Source: Candidatus Micrarchaeia archaeon (lineage in GTDB: Archaea > Micrarchaeota > Micrarchaeia > Burarchaeales > Fermentimicrarchaeaceae). From it: a stretch of 64,000 nt of DNA. Numbering within the stretch: the first letter of the stretch is position 1; the number at the start of each line of letters is the position of its first letter. The stretch lies in assembly GCA_038871515.1 (NCBI GenBank), contig JAVZHX010000001.1, forward strand, positions 224,001-288,000, given 5' to 3'. A model generated the notes under the pieces. That model saw only the letters and a program-made list of their open reading frames with translations, had not been told where the DNA came from and searched no databases. Made by a program: the position numbers and the translations under genes. Positions 19,734 through 28,617 of the stretch are shown one piece after another.

Positions 19734-19991
19734 ATGGAAGCAAGAATAGTAAACTACAGAAGAGGAAAGCACACCGAATACACAAATCAATACATAATAA
19801 CAATAGAGGGAGTGAACAGCAAGGAAGAAGCAGTTAAACACGTTGGTAAGAAAGTTGTTTGGAAAACTGCAAGTGGAAAAGAGATGGTTGGGAAGATAAC
19901 AAACACTCATGGAAACGGAGGAGCGCTTCTTGCAAGATTTGAGAAGGGGCTTCCCGGGCAGGTGCTTGGGAGCACTGTAACAGTGGAGTGA
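19734..19991 (+). CDS. rpl35ae: 50S ribosomal protein L35Ae
   Basis: NYRRGKH, GKITNTHGNGG, ARF..GLPGQ. Confidence 0.96.
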   Translation: MEARIVNYRRGKHTEYTNQYIITIEGVNSKEEAVKHVGKKVVWKTASGKEMVGKITNTHGNGGALLARFEKGLPGQVLGSTVTVE

Positions 19992-19995
19992 GCTG

Positions 19996-20340
19996 ATGGA
20001 AGCAGAGATTAAACCAAACGAAATAAGAGAGCTTGCTGAGAAGCTTAAAGAAACCGACAGGCTTATGGCGATAACCGCAGTTGACGAAGGAAAAAACATC
20101 ATGCTATGCTACCACTTCTGGAGAGTTGCAGAGAATGAGATAAGAAATGTGAAAGTTAAAGTTAAAGATGAGGTTGACACTATTTCAGATATAATTCCGA
20201 ACGCATCTTACTATGAAAGGGAAATTCACGATTTGTTTGGAGTTGAGTTCAAAGGGGCAAAGCTTGAACCTCTTCTCATCCCAAAAGGCTATAAGAAATA
20301 TCCTTTGAGAAAAGCGCTTGAGGAAAAGCTCAACCCTTGA
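19996..20340 (+). CDS. Group 4 hydrogenase NuoC/EchD-like subunit
   Basis: ITAVD, YEREIHDLFGVEF.G, YPLRK. Confidence 0.88.
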   Translation: MEAEIKPNEIRELAEKLKETDRLMAITAVDEGKNIMLCYHFWRVAENEIRNVKVKVKDEVDTISDIIPNASYYEREIHDLFGVEFKGAKLEPLLIPKGYKKYPLRKALEEKLNP

Positions 20341-21184
20341 CTAGTTGCTGGCACTGCTCCCTGAGAACAGCAGTTGTGATATATGAACATATTTTTGGGT
20401 TTCCAGTATCCTTTGCAACCTGCAAGTAGCAGTTATCCCTCAGCGATTCGGAAGGTAAGTTTGTGCATGCATTTGGATCTTTTGAGTAAACCGCAGATAC
20501 ATACAGGCACGCCTGCTTCCCCTGCGGTTCAGCAATTTTATCACACGTCGAAGGGTCAATCCTCCCAGTCGTGCAAAGCTCCTTGGAGAATGGATTTTGT
20601 ATTTTACTACAGTAGCTTTTGTCATTAAGTTCCTTTGCCATTGAAAAGAGACATGCGTCAACCATGTCGCGCTGAGCTTCCGGATAATCCGAAATCAGCA
20701 TCTCGCAGTACTGCGGTTCCCTGTTCTTTATTGCAAGCTCGGAGTAGATTTGATTCTTGCACGCACTCCTTGATGCATTCGCCGATATCCCTTCACATAA
20801 ATCTGGCCTTAGGAGAGAAACTGCAAGCTTGGAGAGACAGTTATCTCTATAGTAACTCGTCTCCATCCTCATACAGTAAGAAGAGTCGTTGCTTGAAACT
20901 GCAAGTCTTGAGAAGCACTCTTCCTTCAGCACGCCGGACAGCTTCTGGCAGATTGAAGCATTCGGCGCAACTCCCTTGCTCAAAAGCAAAGAGTAGCACT
21001 GCTCCGCAACTGAAGCTTTTTCTATTTCCCCGCATTTGGATATATTCATCGTCTCGCTTGCAACCATCATCAAGCAGTTATCTTTCTGAGATGGATCCCA
21101 TAGATGGTAGCACCTCTCAGGCGATGTATCAACAAAAATACAGCCGGAGAGGAAAAGAAGCAAAAACAGGAGTTTTTTATTCAT
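20330..21184 (-). CDS. Secreted/lipoprotein-like cysteine-rich repeat protein (second copy of the family)
   Basis: Signal ending FLSGC; about 10 repeats C..I....RDNC. Confidence 0.85.
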   Translation of the reverse strand: MNKKLLFLLLFLSGCIFVDTSPERCYHLWDPSQKDNCLMMVASETMNISKCGEIEKASVAEQCYSLLLSKGVAPNASICQKLSGVLKEECFSRLAVSSNDSSYCMRMETSYYRDNCLSKLAVSLLRPDLCEGISANASRSACKNQIYSELAIKNREPQYCEMLISDYPEAQRDMVDACLFSMAKELNDKSYCSKIQNPFSKELCTTGRIDPSTCDKIAEPQGKQACLYVSAVYSKDPNACTNLPSESLRDNCYLQVAKDTGNPKICSYITTAVLREQCQQLVKG

Positions 21185-21236
21185 GGAAGTGATTATATAG
21201 CTTACGCAATATAAATTTTTCTAGAAAGGTGCTTGG

Positions 21237-22880
21237 ATGTTGTATTCTCTAATACCGCTTCTCGTAGCTTCACTTGGCGTATTCGTAACACCGCATTTCA
21301 TACGCAACAGAACAAGCTACCCCCCCTCCATTAAACTCATATCTGTATTTGCTTCTTTCTTGGCACTGCTCCTAGTTCTGCTCTTCCCAACCGACAACAC
21401 TTTCCCCCACCTCTTCAGAGAGGACTCCCTCTCCTTCATCTTCTCCCTTCTGGCAAGCTTAATAGGGTTTATCACGATAATCTACTCAACCTGGTATGTT
21501 GAGGAGAACCATAGGGAGTTTTACTCCGCAATGCTGCTCTTCATCGCATCCATGATAGGCTTAGTCATATCAAACAACATACTTCTGCTTGTTTTATGCT
21601 GGGAGGTTACAACAGCAGTATCGTTCATCCTAGTTAGAATGAAGGGAACTGAAAATGCAGCCAAGGCTGCCAACACCGTTTGGGTGATAAACCAACTTGG
21701 CGGCATAGCGATGCTTGTTGGAGCCGCTTATCTTTACGCAGGAGGGATACACACCCTTGACTCATTGTTCATCGCTGGTAATCTCATTGGCACATCCCTT
21801 TTTCTCTTTGCTGCAATAGCAAAGTCCGCAGTATTCCCCTTCCACCCATGGTTGCCGAGTGCAATGGAAGCCTACTCGCCAGTAAGCGCTCTCCTCCACA
21901 GCGCAGCGATGGTTATGGCTGGCATGTATCTACTGATAAGGATGACTCCCCTTCTCCTCTTCTTTGCTGAGCTGAGGGGCATTGTTTTGCTGCTTGGGCT
22001 GCTCACAATTCTCGCCTCATCAACAAAAGCATTTCTTGAGAATGATTTGAAGAGGGTGCTGGCTTACTCCACTCTCACTAACATAGGAATGATTGCTACC
22101 TGCATAGCATTTGCCTCTCCTTTCTCCATAGCTGCCGCATTATTTCACATAATCTCGCATGCTCTTTTCAAAGCATCTCTGTTTTTGGAGGCAGGAGTTT
22201 TTGAGCATTCGCTAGGGACAAGGGAGATAGACAAACTTGGAGGGGTGGTTGGGAAGCTTCCAATAACTACTTTTTTCTTCTCTCTTTCAGCACTTAGCGC
22301 AATGGGAGTGCCCGCCACTCTGGGGTTCACAAGCAAGTTCGCGATGTATGAATCAACCCTGCCCTTCATCTCCCTCTTTCTCCTATTTGGAACGGTGCTT
22401 GCAGCAACATACTACGCATGTATCCTGGGGCATCTTCTGATCAAGCAGAAAAGCAAAAAACTTCACGAGGAGGCAAGGAGCATCACCGCAATAGCTCCTC
22501 TCTCCCTTGGCTCGGTGCTGCTTGCAGTCTACCCATTCCCAATAATGAATCTATGCTCCAAAGCAGTTAACGAATTACTCAACACAAGCTTCACTTTTCC
22601 AACGCTTGTCAACCCACCAATGACATACCTTTCCGTTCTGCTTACCATCGGACTGGCTTTGGCTGTGAGGGGAGGAAGAGCCACCTTGCCGTTCCGCTCT
22701 GGGGAGCCGCTGAGAGGTAAACTGCCTACGCCAAGCTTGCAGATTTATGATGTAAGAAAAACATCTGAAAAAATATATTCATTAATCGATGTTGAAGTAT
22801 GGTTCAGGATGATGGGCCCTGCAGGCGAGCTCATTTATAACATGCTCTCAAAAATTAGAGAGCGCGTTGAGGTGAGATGA
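21237..22880 (+). CDS. NuoL/MrpA/EchA-like ion-translocating membrane subunit
   Basis: WEVTT, KSAVFPFHPWLPSAMEA.SPVSALLHS, DLKRVLAYST, HALFKA. Confidence 0.92.
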   Translation: MLYSLIPLLVASLGVFVTPHFIRNRTSYPPSIKLISVFASFLALLLVLLFPTDNTFPHLFREDSLSFIFSLLASLIGFITIIYSTWYVEENHREFYSAMLLFIASMIGLVISNNILLLVLCWEVTTAVSFILVRMKGTENAAKAANTVWVINQLGGIAMLVGAAYLYAGGIHTLDSLFIAGNLIGTSLFLFAAIAKSAVFPFHPWLPSAMEAYSPVSALLHSAAMVMAGMYLLIRMTPLLLFFAELRGIVLLLGLLTILASSTKAFLENDLKRVLAYSTLTNIGMIATCIAFASPFSIAAALFHIISHALFKASLFLEAGVFEHSLGTREIDKLGGVVGKLPITTFFFSLSALSAMGVPATLGFTSKFAMYESTLPFISLFLLFGTVLAATYYACILGHLLIKQKSKKLHEEARSITAIAPLSLGSVLLAVYPFPIMNLCSKAVNELLNTSFTFPTLVNPPMTYLSVLLTIGLALAVRGGRATLPFRSGEPLRGKLPTPSLQIYDVRKTSEKIYSLIDVEVWFRMMGPAGELIYNMLSKIRERVEVR

Positions 22881-24010
22881 TGCACAACTCTCACTTTGTA
22901 ATCGGACCATCCCACCCGATGCTTGTTGAGCCAGCAAGATTTATTTTCAGGATTGAGGGGGAGATAGTTAGAAAAGTTGAAATCAACCTTGGCTACACCC
23001 ACAAAGGAATAGAGAAACTGCTTGAAACAAAAAACTACGTGCAGGCAGTGCCTGTTGTTGAGAGAATATGCGGCATCTGCTCCCACTGCCACACTTCAAA
23101 CTTCTGCTATATGATTGAAAAACTTGACGGCATTGAAATTCCAGAAAGAGCAAAGCACATAAGAACGATTGCTGCGGAGCTTGAGAGAATGCACAGCCAC
23201 CTGCTCTGCCTTGCCTTAACAATGGAGGATGTGGGGCAGAGAACGCTTTTCATGCACCTTATGGATAAGAGGGAGAGAGTGGTTGATGCGTTTGAGGAGT
23301 TCAGCGGTGGGAGGGTGCATCACTCAATAAACACAATTGGCGGAGTGCGTTGTGATATTGATGAGAACTCAAAAAAGATGATAGAGAAAACAGCAAAAGA
23401 AATATCTGAATACTCCGCAAAGCTCGGCAGAATTGTGATGAACAATAAAACAATAAGAAGCAGGCTTGAGGGCAACGGTGTTTTGAGCAGGGAAGAAGCA
23501 AGAAAGCTTGGTGTAGTCGGCCCTGTTGCAAGGGGCTCCGGAATAAACAATGACGTGAGAAAAGTATCCCCATATGGAAAGTATTCCGAAATAGAGTTTG
23601 AAATTCCCTTTAGGGATGAGGGAGATAGCCTTGCGAGGACAATGATAAGGATTGAGGAGATACCTGAATCCGCGAGGATAATAACCGAATGCCTAAAAAG
23701 AATGCAACCTGGTGAGTTGAGGATTAAATGGTCCGGGAAACCCAGGGAGGGAGAGCAGGTTCATCTTGTGGAAGCTCCGCGAGGTGAAAATCTGCACTAC
23801 GTTGTCTCAAAAGGGGAGAGAAACCCTTACAGAGTGAGGATAAGACCGCCTTCATTTGCGAACATGCAGGCTGCCGCCAGGATTTTGGAGGATGCGAGAG
23901 TGTCGGACATACCCCCAGCCGTCATAAGCCTTGATCCATGCCTAAGCTGCACTGAGAGAACCGCATATCTTGATGAAAGAGGGATCGCATATGTTGAGTA
24001 CAGGGGCTGA
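22877..24010 (+). CDS. Group 4 [NiFe]-hydrogenase large subunit
   Basis: GPSHP, GYTHKGIEK, L1 ERICGICSHCH, EAPRG, L2 DPCLSCTER plus a C-terminal extension. Confidence 0.94.
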   Translation: MMHNSHFVIGPSHPMLVEPARFIFRIEGEIVRKVEINLGYTHKGIEKLLETKNYVQAVPVVERICGICSHCHTSNFCYMIEKLDGIEIPERAKHIRTIAAELERMHSHLLCLALTMEDVGQRTLFMHLMDKRERVVDAFEEFSGGRVHHSINTIGGVRCDIDENSKKMIEKTAKEISEYSAKLGRIVMNNKTIRSRLEGNGVLSREEARKLGVVGPVARGSGINNDVRKVSPYGKYSEIEFEIPFRDEGDSLARTMIRIEEIPESARIITECLKRMQPGELRIKWSGKPREGEQVHLVEAPRGENLHYVVSKGERNPYRVRIRPPSFANMQAAARILEDARVSDIPPAVISLDPCLSCTERTAYLDERGIAYVEYRG

Positions 24011-24806
24011 GTTGCTCCCGTTTGAATTGTTGGTAATGGATGTTGGAACGCTTGTGGTTGGATACGTTTTATTCAGGGAGAGCAGGAAGTATGCAAAAAA
24101 CTACGTGATTTCACAAGTGGTTGGAACCGCTCTGATTATAGCAGGATTTTTGATTGACAGCAACTACAGAAGCTTCTCCGGCGCAATACTCGTTGCCGGC
24201 TTCCTCGCAAAGCTCGGCATCTTTCCTTTTCTGTGGTTGCACAGCGTGGTTCTACGCTCAAATCTGCCAACGAGTCTCTTCGTCTGCGCTAATACCTCAA
24301 TAGTTCTTCTTATGTCGTACATAAGTAGGAGTTTGATGAACCAGACTGCGGTTGTTGTATTCGGGTTGCTCGCATTGCTATTTTCCGCCATCAGCGCAAT
24401 CTATGATAAAAAAATAAAAAGCTCCGTATCATCTCTCATAGCCGCGCAGACAGCATATATGTTTGTCAGCTTCTCATTCCTCCCTCTTTTCTCACTATTC
24501 ATAGCTGTCATTTCCGATTTTCTTGTGAAGTTCACCCTCCTTGCTTCTGAGGAGAGGAGAGATGATATCGCACAGATTATCGTAGCGCTTTACTTCGCAG
24601 AGATGCCTCCCTTCCCGACGTTTGCTGAGGAATTTGAGATTCTTGAGAGAAGCTTCAACATAGGAATTATTTTGAACATAGCCGGTTTGCTTATGATGGT
24701 GGCTCTTCTCATGCACAGGGTGAAGGGTGGCAAGAGCCTGGGAGCCAGAATTATTGGTGCAATACTGCTGTTGCTAGGATTGATAGTTCTGATGAGGGAG
24801 ATATGA
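23991..24806 (+). CDS. Short NuoN/MrpD-like membrane subunit
   Basis: AKLGIFPF.W, MPPFPTF..EF; many TM segments; inside the hydrogenase operon. Confidence 0.75.
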   Translation: MLSTGAELLPFELLVMDVGTLVVGYVLFRESRKYAKNYVISQVVGTALIIAGFLIDSNYRSFSGAILVAGFLAKLGIFPFLWLHSVVLRSNLPTSLFVCANTSIVLLMSYISRSLMNQTAVVVFGLLALLFSAISAIYDKKIKSSVSSLIAAQTAYMFVSFSFLPLFSLFIAVISDFLVKFTLLASEERRDDIAQIIVALYFAEMPPFPTFAEEFEILERSFNIGIILNIAGLLMMVALLMHRVKGGKSLGARIIGAILLLLGLIVLMREI

Positions 24807-25204
24807 TGATTAAAAAATCACCTTGGGTGTATCTGCTCGGTTTGGCCGGCTGCAACGGCTGCGACATAGAAATAGCCGCAGCGGTTGGGCCGAGATTTGA
24901 CCCAGAAAGATTGGGGATAAAAATAGTGAGCTCCCCAAGACACGCGGACATACTCCTGGTGAATGGAACAGTTAACAAGAAAATGAAAAAAATTGTGAAA
25001 GAGGTGTACAACCAAATGTCAAACCCGAAGATTGTTGTGGCAGTTGGCTCATGCGCAATCTCAAACGGCCCATTTAGGGAATGCTATAATATGGAATGCA
25101 GAGTGGATGAGATTGTGCCCGTTTCAGTTTACATCCCCGGATGCCCGCCAAGGCCGCATGCGATACTTTATGGAATTAAAAAGGCATTGGAGCTGGTAAA
25201 ATGA
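24803..25204 (+). CDS. Group 4 hydrogenase small subunit (NuoB/EchC-like)
   Basis: GCNGCDIE, SPRHADILLV.G, VGSCA, IPGCPPRP. Confidence 0.94.
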   Translation: MMIKKSPWVYLLGLAGCNGCDIEIAAAVGPRFDPERLGIKIVSSPRHADILLVNGTVNKKMKKIVKEVYNQMSNPKIVVAVGSCAISNGPFRECYNMECRVDEIVPVSVYIPGCPPRPHAILYGIKKALELVK

Positions 25205-26040
25205 TCGCACTTCTCATCGCATTTGTTTTTGGCATATTCGCATCGTGGTTGTTGAGAAATCTTGCTGCAAGGGCAGAGGGGAGAGTTGGGCCGCCGCTTC
25301 TTCAGCCAGTTTGGGATTTGATAAAACTGTTCAGCAAAGGCTCGGTTGGAGATGTTTCAGAAGCACTTCCCTTGCTCTCACTTCTGCTTGTTGCGTTTGC
25401 CGTAATCAATCTGCCCTCACCTAGTAACTGGGGCGGGAACCTGATTGTTGTGCTCTACTCCCTAACCGCTTCTTCAATATTCACGGCAATAGCCGGCTTT
25501 GCCTCATCCTCCCCGTTCTCAAGAGTTGGAGGCTCAAGGGAGTTACAGCAGACTCTTCTTTCTGAACTTCTCTTCCTCGCGGCAGGCTTCTCAGCAGTTG
25601 TTGCCGCGAACAGCACTTCTTTTCAAGCGATTGCTCTGCACAACCACCTTCTACTCTTCATTAATTTTTTGATGATGCTTATTGCATGCCAGGCGAAACT
25701 GAGAAAAGCTCCGTTTGATATCCCTGATGCGAACGTTGAGGTTGCCGGCGGCCCTGCAACTGAGTTCTCAGGTTACGCATTGGGAATGCACGAGCTCACA
25801 TATCTACTTGAGTTGTACTGCCTGCCAATGCTCGCCTCATTCCTGTTTTTAGGGCTGGATTACACGGCTTCACTTTTGGCAAGCCTACTGGTAATTCTTG
25901 TGTTTGGCGGAATAGCTGCGCTGAGCGCTCGTTTCAGTGTTAAAAACTCTAACAAGCTGCTCTTTTTCGCTTTTCTCCTCTCAATGCTGATAACAACAAT
26001 TCTTTACATAGGAGGTAGGTTTAATGGAACTTTTATCTGA
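25201..26040 (+). CDS. NuoH/EchB-like membrane subunit
   Basis: R.GPPLLQP.WDLIKL..K, SPFS..GGSR, PFDIPDA..EV.GG..TEFSG. Confidence 0.92.
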   Translation: MIALLIAFVFGIFASWLLRNLAARAEGRVGPPLLQPVWDLIKLFSKGSVGDVSEALPLLSLLLVAFAVINLPSPSNWGGNLIVVLYSLTASSIFTAIAGFASSSPFSRVGGSRELQQTLLSELLFLAAGFSAVVAANSTSFQAIALHNHLLLFINFLMMLIACQAKLRKAPFDIPDANVEVAGGPATEFSGYALGMHELTYLLELYCLPMLASFLFLGLDYTASLLASLLVILVFGGIAALSARFSVKNSNKLLFFAFLLSMLITTILYIGGRFNGTFI

Positions 26041-26350
26041 GATAATTAAGAAAATGGTGAGGAAACCTTCTACCGAGAAATACCCCTACGCCCCATCACC
26101 CGCTCCGCAAAAAACAAGAGCACGCTTAACAAGAGACAGAAAGATATGCATAAACTGCGGGGCTTGCACTCTTGTATGCCCCTCAAAAGCATGCTACTTC
26201 GTGCAAGAGAAAGATAAAAGAAGAGTTGAGTTCAACTTAGCTTACTGCACATTCTGCGCCCAGTGCGTTGAGGTTTGCCCTGTGAAATGCTTAAAAATGG
26301 TTAATGAGTATGAACTTGCAACAAAGGATAAAGGAGAGCTGATAATCTGA
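26024..26350 (+). CDS. NuoI/EchF-like 2x[4Fe-4S] subunit
   Basis: TEKYP, CINCGAC..VCP, CTFCAQCVEVCP. Confidence 0.92.
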   Translation: MELLSEIIKKMVRKPSTEKYPYAPSPAPQKTRARLTRDRKICINCGACTLVCPSKACYFVQEKDKRRVEFNLAYCTFCAQCVEVCPVKCLKMVNEYELATKDKGELII

Positions 26351-26373
26351 AATTCATAAAAAACATTGGGGTT

Positions 26374-26889
26374 GTGCTTGTAAGTTTGTACTTCCTTTTT
26401 TACGGAGCGTACATCACAGTATATGCAAAAACATTTCTCACTGCAGTTGGGCTCACCCAATGCTTCGGTGAGCAGTGCTTGAAAATTGGCTTCCTCAGTT
26501 TGCTTGGCTGGATACTTGTTGGGATTGGTTTGGTTTACATAATAACCGCTGTTCTCCTCCGCTTCCACAAACTTGGTTGCTACACCGCGATGGTTATCTC
26601 ATTATTCAGCATTCTCCTCATAATTGCATACTCCCTCAAACCAGATTTAACAGCTCTCTGGCTCATTTTCATTTTTCCAGTAAAACTTGCTACGACAACA
26701 GCAGCAAACCTTCCGGTGATTGGAGGTTTATTGCAAATTTTTGTGAGTTTAACAGAAACTCTAACCATCCTCGTCAATCTGATAATTTTCATTTACTTGC
26801 TCATTCTATTTGGAAAAGGAATTTGGAATGAAAAAATTGAAATCAGCAAGGAAATTGAGGAGTTAGAAGAAGAGAATAGCCGAGCCTGA
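26374..26889 (+). CDS. Hypothetical membrane protein
   Basis: 171-aa ORF with several hydrophobic segments and an acidic tail; start uncertain. Confidence 0.6.
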   Translation: MLVSLYFLFYGAYITVYAKTFLTAVGLTQCFGEQCLKIGFLSLLGWILVGIGLVYIITAVLLRFHKLGCYTAMVISLFSILLIIAYSLKPDLTALWLIFIFPVKLATTTAANLPVIGGLLQIFVSLTETLTILVNLIIFIYLLILFGKGIWNEKIEISKEIEELEEENSRA

Positions 26890-27259
26890 GTGGGTGGTGG
26901 ATTAGAATTAGAAGGCCCGGCCATTCGAACATGAAAAGCCGTGAGTTTTGGAGATGCTACAGCTCCTTTTAGCAAGTGCAGAGAAAGGCTTTTAGTAGTG
27001 GACGGGCTCACGGATCGCTTGCGCTTTCCGCTTACACCCCCACCCTATCAACAGGATCTGCTATCCTGGCCTTGGACTGCCTCGTTTTGAGAATGGCTTC
27101 GACCTTAGATGCTTTCAGGTCTTATCCACTGGCGCGTGGCTGCCCGGCAGTGCTTTTCACAACCGGTAAACTAGAGGCGCCGATTCCCTGTTCCTCTCGT
27201 ACTCAGGGAATCCTGCTCTCAGGCAGTCAGCACTCCTAGGAGATACTACCGAACTGTCT

Positions 27260-27310
27260 TTGTCGCCCCAGATGGCAAGAAAATTAATAGTGAAATTTGC
27301 CATCGGGGGT
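27260..27310 (-). other. 23S intron, 51 nt, after about G2597 (E. coli numbering)
   Basis: GTCG CG|A-hairpin-CGAC AA|A; removal restores GAACGTCGCGAGACAG. Confidence 0.9.
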
Positions 27311-27321
27311 CGCGACGTTCT

Positions 27322-27356
27322 TTAGGCTAGAAGGGGTTATGGATAACCACTCCTAT
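27322..27356 (-). other. 23S intron, 35 nt, after about 2586
   Basis: GGGT TC|A-hairpin-GCCT AA|A; removal restores GGGTTCAGAACG. Confidence 0.9.
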
Positions 27357-27635
27357 GAACCCAGCTCGTGTAGGTCTTTAATGGATGAACAACCCAACCC
27401 TTGGCGGCTCCTGCACCGCCAGGATGACCTAGGCCGACAGCGATGTACCAAACCGCGAGGTCGATGTGTACTCTCGCCCGCGACGAGCCTGTTACCCCCG
27501 GGGTAGCTTGTCTGACAGCTTGGACCCTCAACAAAAGGGATACCAAGGTTCGTTAAGCCCCTCTTTCGAGCCTGAATCCCACGCTTTTAAGGATTCAGTC
27601 AGCCCTGCATTTGTCTTTGACCCTTACCGGCGGAT

Positions 27636-27665
27636 TTTCAGCCCCATAGCTAAGGCTATAGTGGA
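27636..27665 (-). other. 23S intron, 30 nt, in H84 (about 2310)
   Basis: TCAG AA|T-hairpin-CTGA AA|A; removal restores GGGTCAGAAATCCG. Confidence 0.88.
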
Positions 27666-27676
27666 TTCTGACCCGC

Positions 27677-28585
27677 CTAAGCAGAGCATTCCCCGGTTTT
27701 TAAACCCCGACCTATAATTTTTTCCAAATCAGCAAGATCCGCGGTTACTGTTATTGGTAAATCAGAAAATTTATCTAATAAATTTTTATAAGTGTAGATG
27801 ACAACATTGTAGCCAATACCAGTAAACACATGGACTTTTTCTTTAGTTCTTTTTATGTGCGGTTCCCAGTCAAATCCTACCACTTCTATTATCAAGTTTT
27901 TATTGGGTATGAGAAAGTCCGGGTAGTACCTAGTGACTTTTTTCTCGTATATAAAATTGATTCTTTTTTCTGTCAAAAATTTTGCTAACTCTATTTCCTT
28001 TAGACTTCTATACTGCTTTTCATCGAAAGATATTTTCTTTCTGAAAGATTTTCTGAATATTTTTTCAAGTCGTTTTTGTAACTGGGATTCAGACAACTTG
28101 GCAATTGAATTTCTTCCGCCAAGCCTGCCAATTTCTCTGTAAGGGTTTTCTCCATATTTTTTTGTTAATGCCGCTTTAGCTAGGATGCGTCTTTTTATCT
28201 CTATATTTTTATTCCTCCTGGTTAATTCATCCAATTTAATTTTGCCTTTTTTACCTAACACACTATGTAAGTTTCTCCCATATTTTTTTCTTAACTTATT
28301 AATCCCCTTCTTGCTAGCAACCCTAAGAATATCCGAAATGCTTGTTTTTTTATAGCCGAAGTCATCAATATTGATTGAAAATTCATCGGCCCATTTTTTT
28401 ACTAGCATTGCTGGCATTGTTCTCTCCCCTCTCCAGTACATTTTAAGACAACCATAGGGTAGTGCTAGTTTTTCTGTTAACTCCCTAAGCGTCGTAGAAT
28501 TAGTTCTTAAACTAAGCTCTAGAAAAAATCTCCGTCGCTCACTTTTTGATCTAAATTTTATTCTCTCATTCAATTCAATGTCCAT
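27677..28585 (-). CDS. Intron-encoded HTH + PD-(D/E)xK (Vsr/DUF559-like) putative homing endonuclease
   Basis: N-terminal HTH-like TLRELTEKL...WRGER, GRLGG/GKKG segments, C-terminal YEKK..YYPDFLI....IIEV.G..W; linear stop lies in the exon. Confidence 0.75.
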   Translation of the reverse strand: MDIELNERIKFRSKSERRRFFLELSLRTNSTTLRELTEKLALPYGCLKMYWRGERTMPAMLVKKWADEFSINIDDFGYKKTSISDILRVASKKGINKLRKKYGRNLHSVLGKKGKIKLDELTRRNKNIEIKRRILAKAALTKKYGENPYREIGRLGGRNSIAKLSESQLQKRLEKIFRKSFRKKISFDEKQYRSLKEIELAKFLTEKRINFIYEKKVTRYYPDFLIPNKNLIIEVVGFDWEPHIKRTKEKVHVFTGIGYNVVIYTYKNLLDKFSDLPITVTADLADLEKIIGRGLKTGECSA

Positions 28586-28617
28586 GTTTTGTTATAGGCT
28601 TCCGGGTTTAAAATCCT
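27689..28617 (-). mobile_element. 23S intron, 929 nt (about 2287), ORF-containing
   Basis: Terminal stem TTTTAAACCC/GGGTTTAAAA; relaxed BHB GCCC AA|A ... GGGG AA|T; AT-rich interior; boundary could shift by 1 nt. Confidence 0.85.

Noticed and set aside
26890..26975. Possible 5S rRNA downstream of 23S
   Set aside because: The sequence pairs with the 23S leader (processing stem) and shows no 5S motifs; 5S must be unlinked.
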